Part shown: positions 43,289 through 52,650 of the stretch, in pieces
Numbering within the stretch: the stretch's first letter is position 1
Layout of the letters: each line of letters opens with the position of its first letter
Source of the DNA: Acidimicrobiia bacterium
GTDB lineage: Bacteria > Actinomycetota > Acidimicrobiia > Spongiisociales > ZC4RG35
Direction: 5' to 3'
Assembly: GCA_965203555.1 (NCBI GenBank)
Contig: CBDBCY010000004.1
Coordinates: 1,888,001-1,952,000, forward strand
DNA: 64,000 nt
Made by a program: the position numbers and the translations under genes
Notes under the pieces: generated by a model
Database searches by the model: none
What the model saw: the letters and a program-made list of their open reading frames with translations, nothing else
What the model was told of the DNA's origin: nothing

Positions 43289-44517
43289 TGGGTTACCAAA
43301 CACCCTACGCCCCTACCAGATCAGAGCTTTCCAACTGCATTCAGTGCGGCTTGTGCCTGCCCCACTGCCCCACGTTCCGCCTCACCGGCAAGGAAACCGA
43401 CTCGCCGCGGGGCCGGCTGACCGCTATGACCGCGGTGTTGGACGGGATCATCGAGATCGACGACACCTTTGAGGAGACCCTCTCTTTTTGCCTCGGGTGC
43501 CGCGCCTGCGAACCGGTCTGCCCTAGTATGGTTCCCTACGGAAGAACCCTGGAGGGGGCGAGGGCGGAGATCGCCGCCCAACGCGGAGGTGCGGCGAGGC
43601 GACTGCGGGGCTGGATCACGGTGACCTGGTTGGGAAGCACCGCGATCATGGGTCTCATCACCTGGACCACAGCCCTGGTCCAGCGGATCGGGCTGGCCAG
43701 AATCGCCCCTCGGCGGCTCCGTAAGGGAATGAGGGGTCTTCGACGAATCCCCTGGAAGCCGCCGTCGCTGCGGGGCAGGACCTTCGAACCGGAGGGTGAT
43801 CCGCTGGGCACTGTGGGGTTTCTGACCGGATGCATCATGGGACCCTGGTTCGACGATGTCCACCAGGCAAGCATCTCACTTTTGGTCCGCGCCGGATACC
43901 GGGTGGTGGCGCCGCCCGGTCAGACCTGTTGTGGCGCCTTGGCCGCTCATGACGGAGCGGCCGACGGCGCCAAGCGCATGGCCCTTCGCAATGTGGCGGC
44001 ATTCGGAGAGGTGGATTACGTGGTGGCCGACGCCGCCGGTTGTTCCGCTCATCTCAAGGACTATCCCCACTGGGTCTCCTCCGATGACCTGGGCGACTGG
44101 AACCCCAAAGACATCAACGAACTGATCGCGGAGGCGATCGAAGAAGGACGACTGCCCCGATTGCCCGCGAGCAGGGGGAACGTGGCCCTGCAACACCCCT
44201 GCCATCTCCGGAACGCTCAGCGGATAGCTGACCAGCCCAGAACGATCCTGGCCGCCGCCGGCTATAACACCTCCGACGTGGACCCGATGTGCTGCGGAGC
44301 GGCCGGCTTTTACTCTCTTCTCCGCCCTGACACTTCCGCTCAACTTGGCGGGCACAAGGTGGAGGACATTCGTAAAAGCGGTGCAACCGTGGTAGCCAGC
44401 GCCAATCCCGGCTGTGAGATGCATCTGCGGTCCTATCTCGGTGACGGATATGTGGTGCTCCACCCAGTGGAGTTGTATCACCAGGCCCTGTCCCAAGAAT
44501 CGGCGGACCTAACGTGA
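43288..44517 (+). CDS. glcF: Glycolate oxidase Fe-S subunit GlcF-like
   Basis: CIQCGLCLPHCP, CLGCRACEPVCP, two CCG domains, ANPGC. Confidence 0.88.
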   Translation: MGYQTPYAPTRSELSNCIQCGLCLPHCPTFRLTGKETDSPRGRLTAMTAVLDGIIEIDDTFEETLSFCLGCRACEPVCPSMVPYGRTLEGARAEIAAQRGGAARRLRGWITVTWLGSTAIMGLITWTTALVQRIGLARIAPRRLRKGMRGLRRIPWKPPSLRGRTFEPEGDPLGTVGFLTGCIMGPWFDDVHQASISLLVRAGYRVVAPPGQTCCGALAAHDGAADGAKRMALRNVAAFGEVDYVVADAAGCSAHLKDYPHWVSSDDLGDWNPKDINELIAEAIEEGRLPRLPASRGNVALQHPCHLRNAQRIADQPRTILAAAGYNTSDVDPMCCGAAGFYSLLRPDTSAQLGGHKVEDIRKSGATVVASANPGCEMHLRSYLGDGYVVLHPVELYHQALSQESADLT

Positions 44518-45092
44518 CCGGCCCTGAACCTTCGGCGCTAAATCTTTGGGACTGGTATCGGCTGGCAGCCGGTTCTTTTCGTTCGATGCTGCGGGTGGGC
44601 TTCACCGCGGCCGGGGTTGCCCTCCTGGGGCTCGCCCTGGCTTCGCTCCTGTTCGAGTTGGACTGGGTGGCCGGAGGACCGGACCTGACCGTGATGGAAG
44701 CACTGGGCTCCATCGCGGCGGTGGGAGCGGTGGGGGGCGCCATATTGGGGTTGGGAGCGGAAGCGTCCTACGGCGCCGCCGATTTGGAGGCCGAGCAGGA
44801 CGTGTGGCGAAGAGCGGGCGGGAGAGTGGTAGCGGGACTGGGCGTGTCGATAGTCCTCCTGGTACTGGGCATCCTCATTCCACTCCCCGAAGGGATGCCG
44901 ATCACCATCGACTACGGGCAGGCCACTCTGCGGGCGGCGGGGATCGCCGGCCTCGTCTCGACCTCGTTGGTACCTCCCCTGGCCGGTTGGATGTCCATCC
45001 GGATGTCGCGGTGGAAGGCTCGCTGGGACCCCTATCTGCTATTCGGGGTTTGGATTATCCTGATCCTGGTGTTGTTCTCGCCACCGGGCTGA
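44514..45092 (+). CDS. Hypothetical membrane protein
   Basis: About 5 TM segments; GTGA overlap with glcF. Confidence 0.65.
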   Translation: MTGPEPSALNLWDWYRLAAGSFRSMLRVGFTAAGVALLGLALASLLFELDWVAGGPDLTVMEALGSIAAVGAVGGAILGLGAEASYGAADLEAEQDVWRRAGGRVVAGLGVSIVLLVLGILIPLPEGMPITIDYGQATLRAAGIAGLVSTSLVPPLAGWMSIRMSRWKARWDPYLLFGVWIILILVLFSPPG

Positions 45093-45098
45093 GTTCGG

Positions 45099-46862
45099 CT
45101 ACATTCTCTCGGGAACAGCGATGCCCAACAGGTCCAGAAGCATCGAGAGCACCCGTCCCGTATAGTCGGCCAGCGCGAGCCACGCATCCCGACGGTCAGA
45201 GTCCGGCTCGCTGAGTATGTGACACTGGTCGTAGAACCGGGTGAATCCAACCGCCACCCGGTAACAGTACTCAGCCAGATGATGGGGAGCGCGCTCGGAA
45301 GCTGCCCGTTTGATCGCTTCGGGCATCAGGCTGAGGACGAGCATCAGGTCCCGTTCGGCGGGTCGCGAAGCCGGCGCCAACCGGCCGGGTGTCAGGTCCC
45401 GCATCGCCGCCTTGGCCAAAAGCGACCGGATCCTCACTACCCCGTATTGCAGGTAGGGACCCGTCTTGCCGGAGAATGACACGAACCGGTCCGGATCAAA
45501 TACGTAGTTCGAAGTGCGATGGGTGGACAGGTCCCCGAATTTGAGAGCGGCCAACCCCACCGCCTCAGCGATCGCTCTGCGCTCCGACCCCGCATACGCC
45601 TTGGCCATATCGTTTTCCTCCAGGCGGCGCCTCGCCGCCTCGGTGACGGTCTCGATCAAGTCGCCCAACCGCACCACTCCTCCCTCGCGAGTGCGAAAGG
45701 GGCGGCCGTCGGGCCCGTTCATGGTGCCGAACCCGATGTGTTCCAGGTCCATGGTGGGTGGGGCCAGTCCGGTCAGTCGGGCGGCCCGGAAGACTCCTCG
45801 GAAGTGATCGGCCTGCCGGGCGTCCACCACGTAGAGAATCGCATCGGCCCCCAGATCATCCACTCGCATCTCGATCGTGGCCAGGTCGGTCGTGGCGTAC
45901 AGAGCCGCCCCGTCCGACTTGCGCAGCATCAAGGGAGGAACGGGGGCGTTGTCGTCTGCCGTGGCCACCTCCACCACCGTTGCCCCGTCGCTGCGGGTGA
46001 CCAGGCCGCTTTCCTCCATCCTGGCGATCATCGCCTCCACCCGGTCGGCCACCGTACTCTCTCCGTACCAAAGATCGAACTCCACTCCCAAACGGGCGAA
46101 ATCGGCCCGCTGGCTTTCCATCGAGACCCGGACCATATGCTTCCACAAGGCCCGGTACCCTGAGCGACCCTCCTGTAACTCGAGAGTGGCGCGGCGCGCC
46201 CGCTCCGCCATTTCCGGGCTGACGGCGCAAGCCGCGGCGATCTGCGGGTAAATCTCGGACAGGTCGGCCAGGCTCACCGGCGGCCGGGCCGGGAAAGTGC
46301 GGGCGTTTTCGTCGAAGTAAGGCAACTGGGGGAACCGCTCCCGCACCCCGATGATCAACATCCCCATCTGGGTCCCCCAATCACCAAAGTGCGGGTCCCG
46401 GGTCACCCGGTGGCCGACCCCGGCCATGATCCGAGCCAGTGCGTCCCCGATGATGGTGGAACGCAGATGTCCCACGTGCATGGGCTTGGCCACGTTGGGA
46501 CCGCCGTAGTCCACCACGATGTGCAAGGACTTGGAGGCTCGAGGAACTCCCAGATGGGGATCCGCCGCCATGTCCCCCACCCATTTGGCCAGAAACCGGT
46601 CGGACAGCCTTATGTTCACAAAGCCGGGCCCAGCCGGGGCCACGTTCTGGAACCGGTCGTCGGCCCTCATTATCTCCGCCACTGCGGCCGCCAATCGCAA
46701 GGGAGGCCGGCGGGCCAGGCGAGCGGCAGCCAGGGCGCCGTTGCACTGAAAGTCGCCCAACTCAGGACGCTGGGAGGGGAAGACCCTCCCAAATTCGGGT
46801 TCCAGGCCCAACTCTTCGAAGGCCGATCCGAAAACCTCTCCCAAGTGGGAAATCAGGGACAT
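45099..46862 (-). CDS. argS: Arginine--tRNA ligase
   Basis: GDFQCN, AGPGFVN, PNVAKPMHVGHLRS, GDWGTQ, LYATTDLA, GKTGPYLQY, terminal PERM. Confidence 0.96.
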   Translation of the reverse strand: MSLISHLGEVFGSAFEELGLEPEFGRVFPSQRPELGDFQCNGALAAARLARRPPLRLAAAVAEIMRADDRFQNVAPAGPGFVNIRLSDRFLAKWVGDMAADPHLGVPRASKSLHIVVDYGGPNVAKPMHVGHLRSTIIGDALARIMAGVGHRVTRDPHFGDWGTQMGMLIIGVRERFPQLPYFDENARTFPARPPVSLADLSEIYPQIAAACAVSPEMAERARRATLELQEGRSGYRALWKHMVRVSMESQRADFARLGVEFDLWYGESTVADRVEAMIARMEESGLVTRSDGATVVEVATADDNAPVPPLMLRKSDGAALYATTDLATIEMRVDDLGADAILYVVDARQADHFRGVFRAARLTGLAPPTMDLEHIGFGTMNGPDGRPFRTREGGVVRLGDLIETVTEAARRRLEENDMAKAYAGSERRAIAEAVGLAALKFGDLSTHRTSNYVFDPDRFVSFSGKTGPYLQYGVVRIRSLLAKAAMRDLTPGRLAPASRPAERDLMLVLSLMPEAIKRAASERAPHHLAEYCYRVAVGFTRFYDQCHILSEPDSDRRDAWLALADYTGRVLSMLLDLLGIAVPERM

Positions 46863-46952
46863 CCAACCATCTCTTCCGCCAAGAAGAGAATCCTACCGGG
46901 GCAGCCACTCGTCATTGGCTTTGCGGGGCCGACCCTGCCATCATTGGCGCCT

Positions 46953-48455
46953 ATGAAAGCCGCAGAATACCGAAGCTATGACGCGATGGGACTGGCCGAA
47001 CTCATCGCTACCGGACAAGTGCCGCCACAGGAAGTGATGGAGGCCGCAATCGGTCAGATGGAACTCCTCAACCCGGCGCTCAACGCGGTGGTCCACACCA
47101 CCTATGACCGCGCGGCCCAGATGGTGGAAGCGGGCCTTCCCGATTCACCCTTGGCCGGCGTGCCTTTTCTTCTCAAAGATCTCGGCCAGTTTTGGGAGGG
47201 GGTGCCCACCTCCTCGGGCTCTCGGGCTCTCTTGGGGTTCACGCCCTCGTTCACGACCACTCTCACCTCCCGGTACCTGGCAGGGGGGCTGGTGATCCTC
47301 GGCAAAACCTCCACCCCCGAGTTCGGCATGGCGTCGGTGACCGAACCGGCTGTGCACGGCGTCACCAACAACCCGTGGGATCCGCAGATAACCGCAGGGG
47401 GTTCTTCGGGGGGATCGGCATCGGCAGTGGCGGCGGGAATGGCGCCGGCCGCGCATGCCAGCGATGGAGGGGGCTCTATTCGCATACCGAGTTCGGCTTG
47501 CGGACTGGTGGGACTGAAGCCCACGCGGGGAAGGAACCCGGTGGGGCCCATAGTGGGAGAGGGATGGTACGGCCTGGCCGCTTCCCACGTGGTCACCAGG
47601 ACCGTCAGGGACTCGGCGGCGTTGCTGGACCTCAGCCACGGACCGGAACCGGGCGATCCCTACGCCGCCACACCTCCGGGGGACGCCTTCCTCGAAGCGG
47701 TCCGCGCTGCTCCTCGACGCCTGCGGATCGGGGTGGTGGAGGGGGCGGTCACCGGGGATGTGACCCTGGCACCCGACTGCATGGAGGCTGTCCGGCAGAC
47801 CGCCTCTCTCCTGGAAGAACTGGGTCATGAAGTCGAGCCCGTCTCCACCGGGATCGGCCCCGGGCCGGGAAGACGGGCGATGCTGGTCCTCTCGTCGGTG
47901 GACACCGCCTGGTTGGTGGAGACCTTCCACATCGACCAGACCCTTCTGGAGCCGGCCAATCAGGTGGTGGTGCGAGCCGGCAGGGAGATCTCGGCCACCG
48001 AGTTTGCCGCCAACCTGTTTCTGGTTCGAAGTTACGGACGCCTGATCGGTCAGATCATGGAGCGTCACGACGTGCTGGTCACCTCCACTCTGGGTACGCC
48101 GCCGTGGCCTCATGGGATACTCCAACCCGATGCGGAACAGAAAGAGCGCATCAGGGCTGTGCTGGAAGGCCGCAACCGCGGATCAGCGTTCGAGTTGGTA
48201 GAGGATTTGGCGGTCAGGAACATGGACCGGATTCCCAACACCTGGCTGTTCAATATGACCGGACAGCCGGCCATGAGCCTTCCCCTCCACCGAACCGAAG
48301 CCGGGCATCCTGTCGGGGTTCAACTGGTGGGACGTCTGGGAAGAGAGGAGGACCTGTTCAATCTGGCCGGCCAGCTGGAGCAAGCCCGACCCTGGGATCA
48401 TCCCTTCGCCAATCCGGAGGGTTCCCAGTGGGCGGAACCGGCTGCGCGGCAGTAG
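46953..48455 (+). CDS. Amidase-signature enzyme
   Basis: GVPFLLKD, GKTSTPEFG, GGSSGGS, SDGGGSIRIP, GLKPTRGR. Confidence 0.92.
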   Translation: MKAAEYRSYDAMGLAELIATGQVPPQEVMEAAIGQMELLNPALNAVVHTTYDRAAQMVEAGLPDSPLAGVPFLLKDLGQFWEGVPTSSGSRALLGFTPSFTTTLTSRYLAGGLVILGKTSTPEFGMASVTEPAVHGVTNNPWDPQITAGGSSGGSASAVAAGMAPAAHASDGGGSIRIPSSACGLVGLKPTRGRNPVGPIVGEGWYGLAASHVVTRTVRDSAALLDLSHGPEPGDPYAATPPGDAFLEAVRAAPRRLRIGVVEGAVTGDVTLAPDCMEAVRQTASLLEELGHEVEPVSTGIGPGPGRRAMLVLSSVDTAWLVETFHIDQTLLEPANQVVVRAGREISATEFAANLFLVRSYGRLIGQIMERHDVLVTSTLGTPPWPHGILQPDAEQKERIRAVLEGRNRGSAFELVEDLAVRNMDRIPNTWLFNMTGQPAMSLPLHRTEAGHPVGVQLVGRLGREEDLFNLAGQLEQARPWDHPFANPEGSQWAEPAARQ

Positions 48456-48465
48456 TCTTGAAGCC

Positions 48466-49326
48466 GTGTCGCGGGTCAATTGGCGTCGATACCGGCCACT
48501 GGGACAGCCGACCGCCTTGGTCGCCTACCGGGGCTGGGGAGACGCAGGAGAGGCTTCCAGCCGGGCAGTGGAACATGTGCTCTCCATTTATCCCTCGGTG
48601 CTCTTGGACGAAATCGACGCCGAGGACTACTTCGATTTCCAAGTGGTCCGGCCCGAGATTCGATTCGCCCAGGGAGGAAAGGTCTCTCTTACCTGGCCGA
48701 GCACCAAGATCTACCTGACCACCCCTGAGGGAGAGAGCCCGCTGCTGGTGATCACCGGCGACGAGCCCCATGCCCGCTGGAAGTCCTACGTACAGCAGAT
48801 CATGAACCTGTGCCGGGGGGCCGGGGTGGAGAAGGTCCTTACCATGGGAGCTTTCATGGGCCAGGTCGCCCACACCCTTCCGGTGCCCATGGTGGGCAGA
48901 GCCACCCATCCGGAACAGCTCCATCGCCATGGTCTCTTCGGATCGAATTACCAGGGGCCCACCGGGATTGTGGGGGTGCTCCACCAAGCATTCACCCAGG
49001 AAGGATGGAATGCGCTCACCCTGTGGGCGGCCGTTCCCCACTACCTGTCCACCCAGGAATACCCTCCCGCTTCCCTGGCACTGGTGAGAAAAGCCTCCCA
49101 GATCCTGGACATAGACCTGCAGCCCGCCCCCCTGGAGGTGGAGGTCTCCGAATTCCACGAGAAACTGGAGGCGGTGATCGCCGAATCGGAGGATCTGGCG
49201 GGATACGTAAGGCACCTGGAGAAGGAACTATCCCAAGGTGCCGACCTGCAGCCTGAGGACCTGGAGGACGCCCGCGATCAAATGATCTCCGAAATCGAAG
49301 AGTTCCTGCGCCGCCCCGAAAACTAG
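48466..49326 (+). CDS. PAC2-family proteasome assembly chaperone-like protein
   Basis: GWGDAGEA, YFDFQVVRP, EP..RW, YQGPTGIVG, WAAVPHY, EIEEFLR. Confidence 0.88.
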   Translation: MSRVNWRRYRPLGQPTALVAYRGWGDAGEASSRAVEHVLSIYPSVLLDEIDAEDYFDFQVVRPEIRFAQGGKVSLTWPSTKIYLTTPEGESPLLVITGDEPHARWKSYVQQIMNLCRGAGVEKVLTMGAFMGQVAHTLPVPMVGRATHPEQLHRHGLFGSNYQGPTGIVGVLHQAFTQEGWNALTLWAAVPHYLSTQEYPPASLALVRKASQILDIDLQPAPLEVEVSEFHEKLEAVIAESEDLAGYVRHLEKELSQGADLQPEDLEDARDQMISEIEEFLRRPEN

Positions 49327-49395
49327 GGGCCCCTCCTTCTCGATCACATTGACGGCTTTGCTGCCCGATGGCCCTCGTCGGTCCTGGCCTCCCCT

Positions 49396-50952
49396 CTATG
49401 TAAACAGATCAGCGTGGCGAGAGCGAAGGACTGTCTTTTGGATCTTGCCCATGGCGTTGCGAGGCAGGCTTTGAGTCTCAAGGAACAGTTTTGGAATCCT
49501 GTACCCGGCCAGCCGGGAGGACAGAGCTTGACGAATCCGGCCGGGAGCGTCTCCGCTCTCACCCTCCCACACCACCGCCGCCACGACCGCCTCGCCGAAG
49601 TCGGGGTGGGGGACTCCGAACACCGCCGACTCCACCACACCGGGCACCGAGTTCAGGACCACCTCCACCTGCAGGGGGTGAACATTCAAACCGCCGGTGA
49701 TGATCAGGTCCTTCGACCTTCCCATCAAGCTCACACGGCCGTCCTCGTCAAGAACAGCCAGGTCTCCAGTGGCGACCCAACCACGGGAATCCATTGTCCT
49801 GGCTGTCTCGGCGGCGCTGTTCAGGTATCCGGTGAAAGCGCCGGCGCTGCGGACCCACAGTTCTCCCGCCCCCCCATCTTCGCTCCGGTCGTCCACCACC
49901 CTGATCTCCACGCCTTCCAGGGGATACCCCACCGACCCGGCGAGTCGCTTGCCCCGGAAGGGGTTGGAAGTGATTATCCCCACCTCGGTCATCCCGTACC
50001 TTTCCACGATCCGGTGACCGCTGCGCCTTCGAAACTCCTCCCAGACATGGGGCAGCAGCGGCGCCGATCCGCTGGTGAACAGCCGCATTCCCGCCACCGC
50101 TCGCCTGCTGAAGGCCGGGCTGTCCATCAGCCGCGTGTAGTAGGTGGGCACCGCCATGAAAACCGTTGCTCTCCCAAACAGCCGGATAGCCGTCCCGGGG
50201 TCGAAGGTGGGCATCAGGATGGTCGAAGCCCCCGCCAACAAGGCACACATCAAAGCCACGAGAAGCCCGTGGGTGTGAAAGAGGGGAAGAGCATGCACCA
50301 GGACGTCCTCGGACCGCAAGTCCCACACCCGGCACAGCGCCAATACATTGGCCGCCACTGCCCGGTGGCTGAGCACGGCGCCCCGGGGCCGGCCGGTGGT
50401 GCCGGAGGTATAGAGGATCACGGCCGGATCATTGCCGGCGGGCGGAAGGTCCGGACTGCAAACCGCGGGTTCAGCGGGAGGAGCGAGCCTGCCGTCCGCC
50501 CCGAGGGCGACTATCCGGACCGACCAGGCGCGGTCTCCCACCGACTCTGCCGCTTCGGCCTGGCAGGAGGGATCACAAACCACCAGTCGAGGCCCGCAGT
50601 CCACCACCAACTCCCGCAACTCCGCCGGTGTGCAGGCGGGATTGATGGGAATGTAAACCGCGCCGTGGCTCAGGCAGGCCAGGAAGAAAAACACGTTGGC
50701 CGGCGACTTGTGAACGTAGGCCAGAATGCGATCGCCCGGCGCCACCCCCCACAACGCCAGGCTGCTTCGACACCGGTCGACCTCAGATCCGAGTTCGGCA
50801 AAGGTCAAAGACCGACCGTCGGGAGTCTGCAAGGCGGGTCTGGCCCCGTGACGGGAAATGACCTGTTGGAGCAGGCCGTACAGTCCCCCGGAAAGGGCGG
50901 GGGGATCGACCCTCCACCGGTGGAGATCGAGATCACCAAAGAGCCGCGCCAT
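49396..50952 (-). CDS. AMP-binding enzyme, malonyl-CoA synthetase (MatB)-like
   Basis: LYTSGTTGRPRG, LPLFHTHGL, MAVPTYY, SGSAPL, ERYGMTE, PHPDFGE, PRNAMGKIQK. Confidence 0.82.
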   Translation of the reverse strand: MARLFGDLDLHRWRVDPPALSGGLYGLLQQVISRHGARPALQTPDGRSLTFAELGSEVDRCRSSLALWGVAPGDRILAYVHKSPANVFFFLACLSHGAVYIPINPACTPAELRELVVDCGPRLVVCDPSCQAEAAESVGDRAWSVRIVALGADGRLAPPAEPAVCSPDLPPAGNDPAVILYTSGTTGRPRGAVLSHRAVAANVLALCRVWDLRSEDVLVHALPLFHTHGLLVALMCALLAGASTILMPTFDPGTAIRLFGRATVFMAVPTYYTRLMDSPAFSRRAVAGMRLFTSGSAPLLPHVWEEFRRRSGHRIVERYGMTEVGIITSNPFRGKRLAGSVGYPLEGVEIRVVDDRSEDGGAGELWVRSAGAFTGYLNSAAETARTMDSRGWVATGDLAVLDEDGRVSLMGRSKDLIITGGLNVHPLQVEVVLNSVPGVVESAVFGVPHPDFGEAVVAAVVWEGESGDAPGRIRQALSSRLAGYRIPKLFLETQSLPRNAMGKIQKTVLRSRHADLFT

Positions 50953-50973
50953 CCTATGACGGCCCCGTAACAG

Positions 50974-51046
50974 TGGCCAGGGGCAGAATCGAACTGCCGA
51001 CCCTCGGTTTTTCAGACCGATACTCTACCAACTGAGCTACCTGGCC
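50974..51046 (-). tRNA. tRNA-Phe(GAA)
   Basis: GGCCAGG...CCTGGCC-A; anticodon arm TCGGT-CTGAAAA-ACCGA; CCA not encoded. Confidence 0.96.
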
Positions 51047-51056
51047 TCCCGACCCT

Positions 51057-51134
51057 TGGCGGGGACGACGGGATTTGAACCCGCGACCTCTGGCTTGACA
51101 GGCCAGCGAACACTCCAGACTGTTCTACGCCCCC
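51057..51134 (-). tRNA. tRNA-Asp(GTC)
   Basis: GGGGGCG...CGTCCCC-GCCA; anticodon arm CTGGC-CTGTCAA-GCCAG. Confidence 0.96.
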
Positions 51135-51305
51135 AATTGAGCAAGGGGACATCGGTTTAGCGCCGACCTCCCGAAGTGTCAGTATATCCCCTCTTTCCGG
51201 CGGCCGTGCCGGGTTTGGCGGACACCGCCGCCGTCCCATCACCGAACCGGACCCCAGCGCGTACCCGGCAGCGGTTGTCGCCCTCCGCCCTACTGTGCCC
51301 TATGG

Positions 51306-52328
51306 TCATTCCAGGGAAAGGGCTACCTTCCCCAGTTGGCGAGCCGAATCCAACCTTGCCACCGCAGCCGGCAGTTCCTCGAACGCAAACACATGATCCA
51401 CCGGCGGCGCAGTGGCCTTGCCAGAGGCCAGCAGGTCCAGCAAATCCTGGTATTCAGCAGGGGTGTACATAGTCGATCCGATGATCTCCAGTTGCCGGAA
51501 AAACAGTGCCGGGATGAGGATCTGCGCCTTGGCGCCGCTGGTGGCGCCACACACCACCATCCGGCCTCCCGGCCGCAGTGAACGGAGCGACTGTCCCCAT
51601 GTGGCCGGACCCACATTCTCGATCACCACATCCGCCAGGCCGCCGACCGCCCCTTTCAGATCCTTTGCGAACTGTCCACTGGAGTCAAAACCCGCCTCTG
51701 CACCGTGGGCCACCGCCCAGGCGATCTTCTCCGGATCACGGGACGTAACGAACACCCGGGCGCCCAGCGAAACTCCCAAGAGGGCCGCGGCGCTGGAAAC
51801 CCCGCCTCCCACGCCCACCACCAACATGGTTTCGCCCTCCTCCAAACGACCCCGCCTCAACATACGGAAGGCGGTGCCAGCCGCCAGAGAGAAGGAACCT
51901 GCAGTCTCCCAGGACAGGTTCGCAGGCTTGGCAGCAGCATTGGCGGCGGGAACCACCACCCGTTCCGCCAGGGTTCCCTGACTGTGCTCTCCCAGGACTC
52001 CGAAGTGCCGACAGTAGACCGTTTCCCCACTGGCGCAAACCTCGCATGCTCCACAGGAGAGCGATGGGTTGATGATTACCTCGTCTCCTTCGGCCAGACC
52101 CCCCACTCCGGGCCCCACCGCGTCCACCACCCCGGCGCCGTCCCCGCCAAGGATATGCGGGAGGCTGGGAGGAGCGGGAAGTCCGTGCGTCACCCAGATG
52201 TCCAGGTGGTTGAGGGCAATGATCAGGGGCCTGATTCGCACCTCGCCCTCTCCCGGCACGGGAAGCGGCACCTCATCCAACGAGAGGGATTCGGGACCGG
52301 TAAGTTCATGTAAACGCCAAGCTCGCAT
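51306..52328 (-). CDS. Zn-binding MDR-family oxidoreductase
   Basis: ALNHLD, ILGGDGAG, structural Zn CGACEVC...C, GRMVVCGAT, GKVAL. Confidence 0.88.
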   Translation of the reverse strand: MRAWRLHELTGPESLSLDEVPLPVPGEGEVRIRPLIIALNHLDIWVTHGLPAPPSLPHILGGDGAGVVDAVGPGVGGLAEGDEVIINPSLSCGACEVCASGETVYCRHFGVLGEHSQGTLAERVVVPAANAAAKPANLSWETAGSFSLAAGTAFRMLRRGRLEEGETMLVVGVGGGVSSAAALLGVSLGARVFVTSRDPEKIAWAVAHGAEAGFDSSGQFAKDLKGAVGGLADVVIENVGPATWGQSLRSLRPGGRMVVCGATSGAKAQILIPALFFRQLEIIGSTMYTPAEYQDLLDLLASGKATAPPVDHVFAFEELPAAVARLDSARQLGKVALSLE

Positions 52329-52650
52329 CTACCTGAGGGTAATGCGTTTGCGGATCACAACGAGTGAGTTCGTAGCCCCCTGATAAGTCTCAGATGGCGG
52401 TTGAGATAGGTGAGGATATTCGCATGGCTGTTCACATCTGGCGCGCCCTATCCGGTTATGGTTGTCGGGATGTCTGGGGATAGCCCAGTCGGCTGGTGTA
52501 TCTTCATGCCTATGAGTCGGCATCGGCGCTTCTTCTGCTGTGGGCCAGGGCTTATCGCACCTCTGGCGAGGAGGCTGGCGCATGGCTCCCTTCCGCTCCC
52601 CCTTTCGGTGGAACCGGTCGACTACGGACCGCGAGCGTGCGGGCGGTGAG

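Noticed and set aside
50974-51134. tRNA genes as integration sites
   Set aside because: I noticed no duplicated tRNA 3' end for Pro, Phe or Asp in the window
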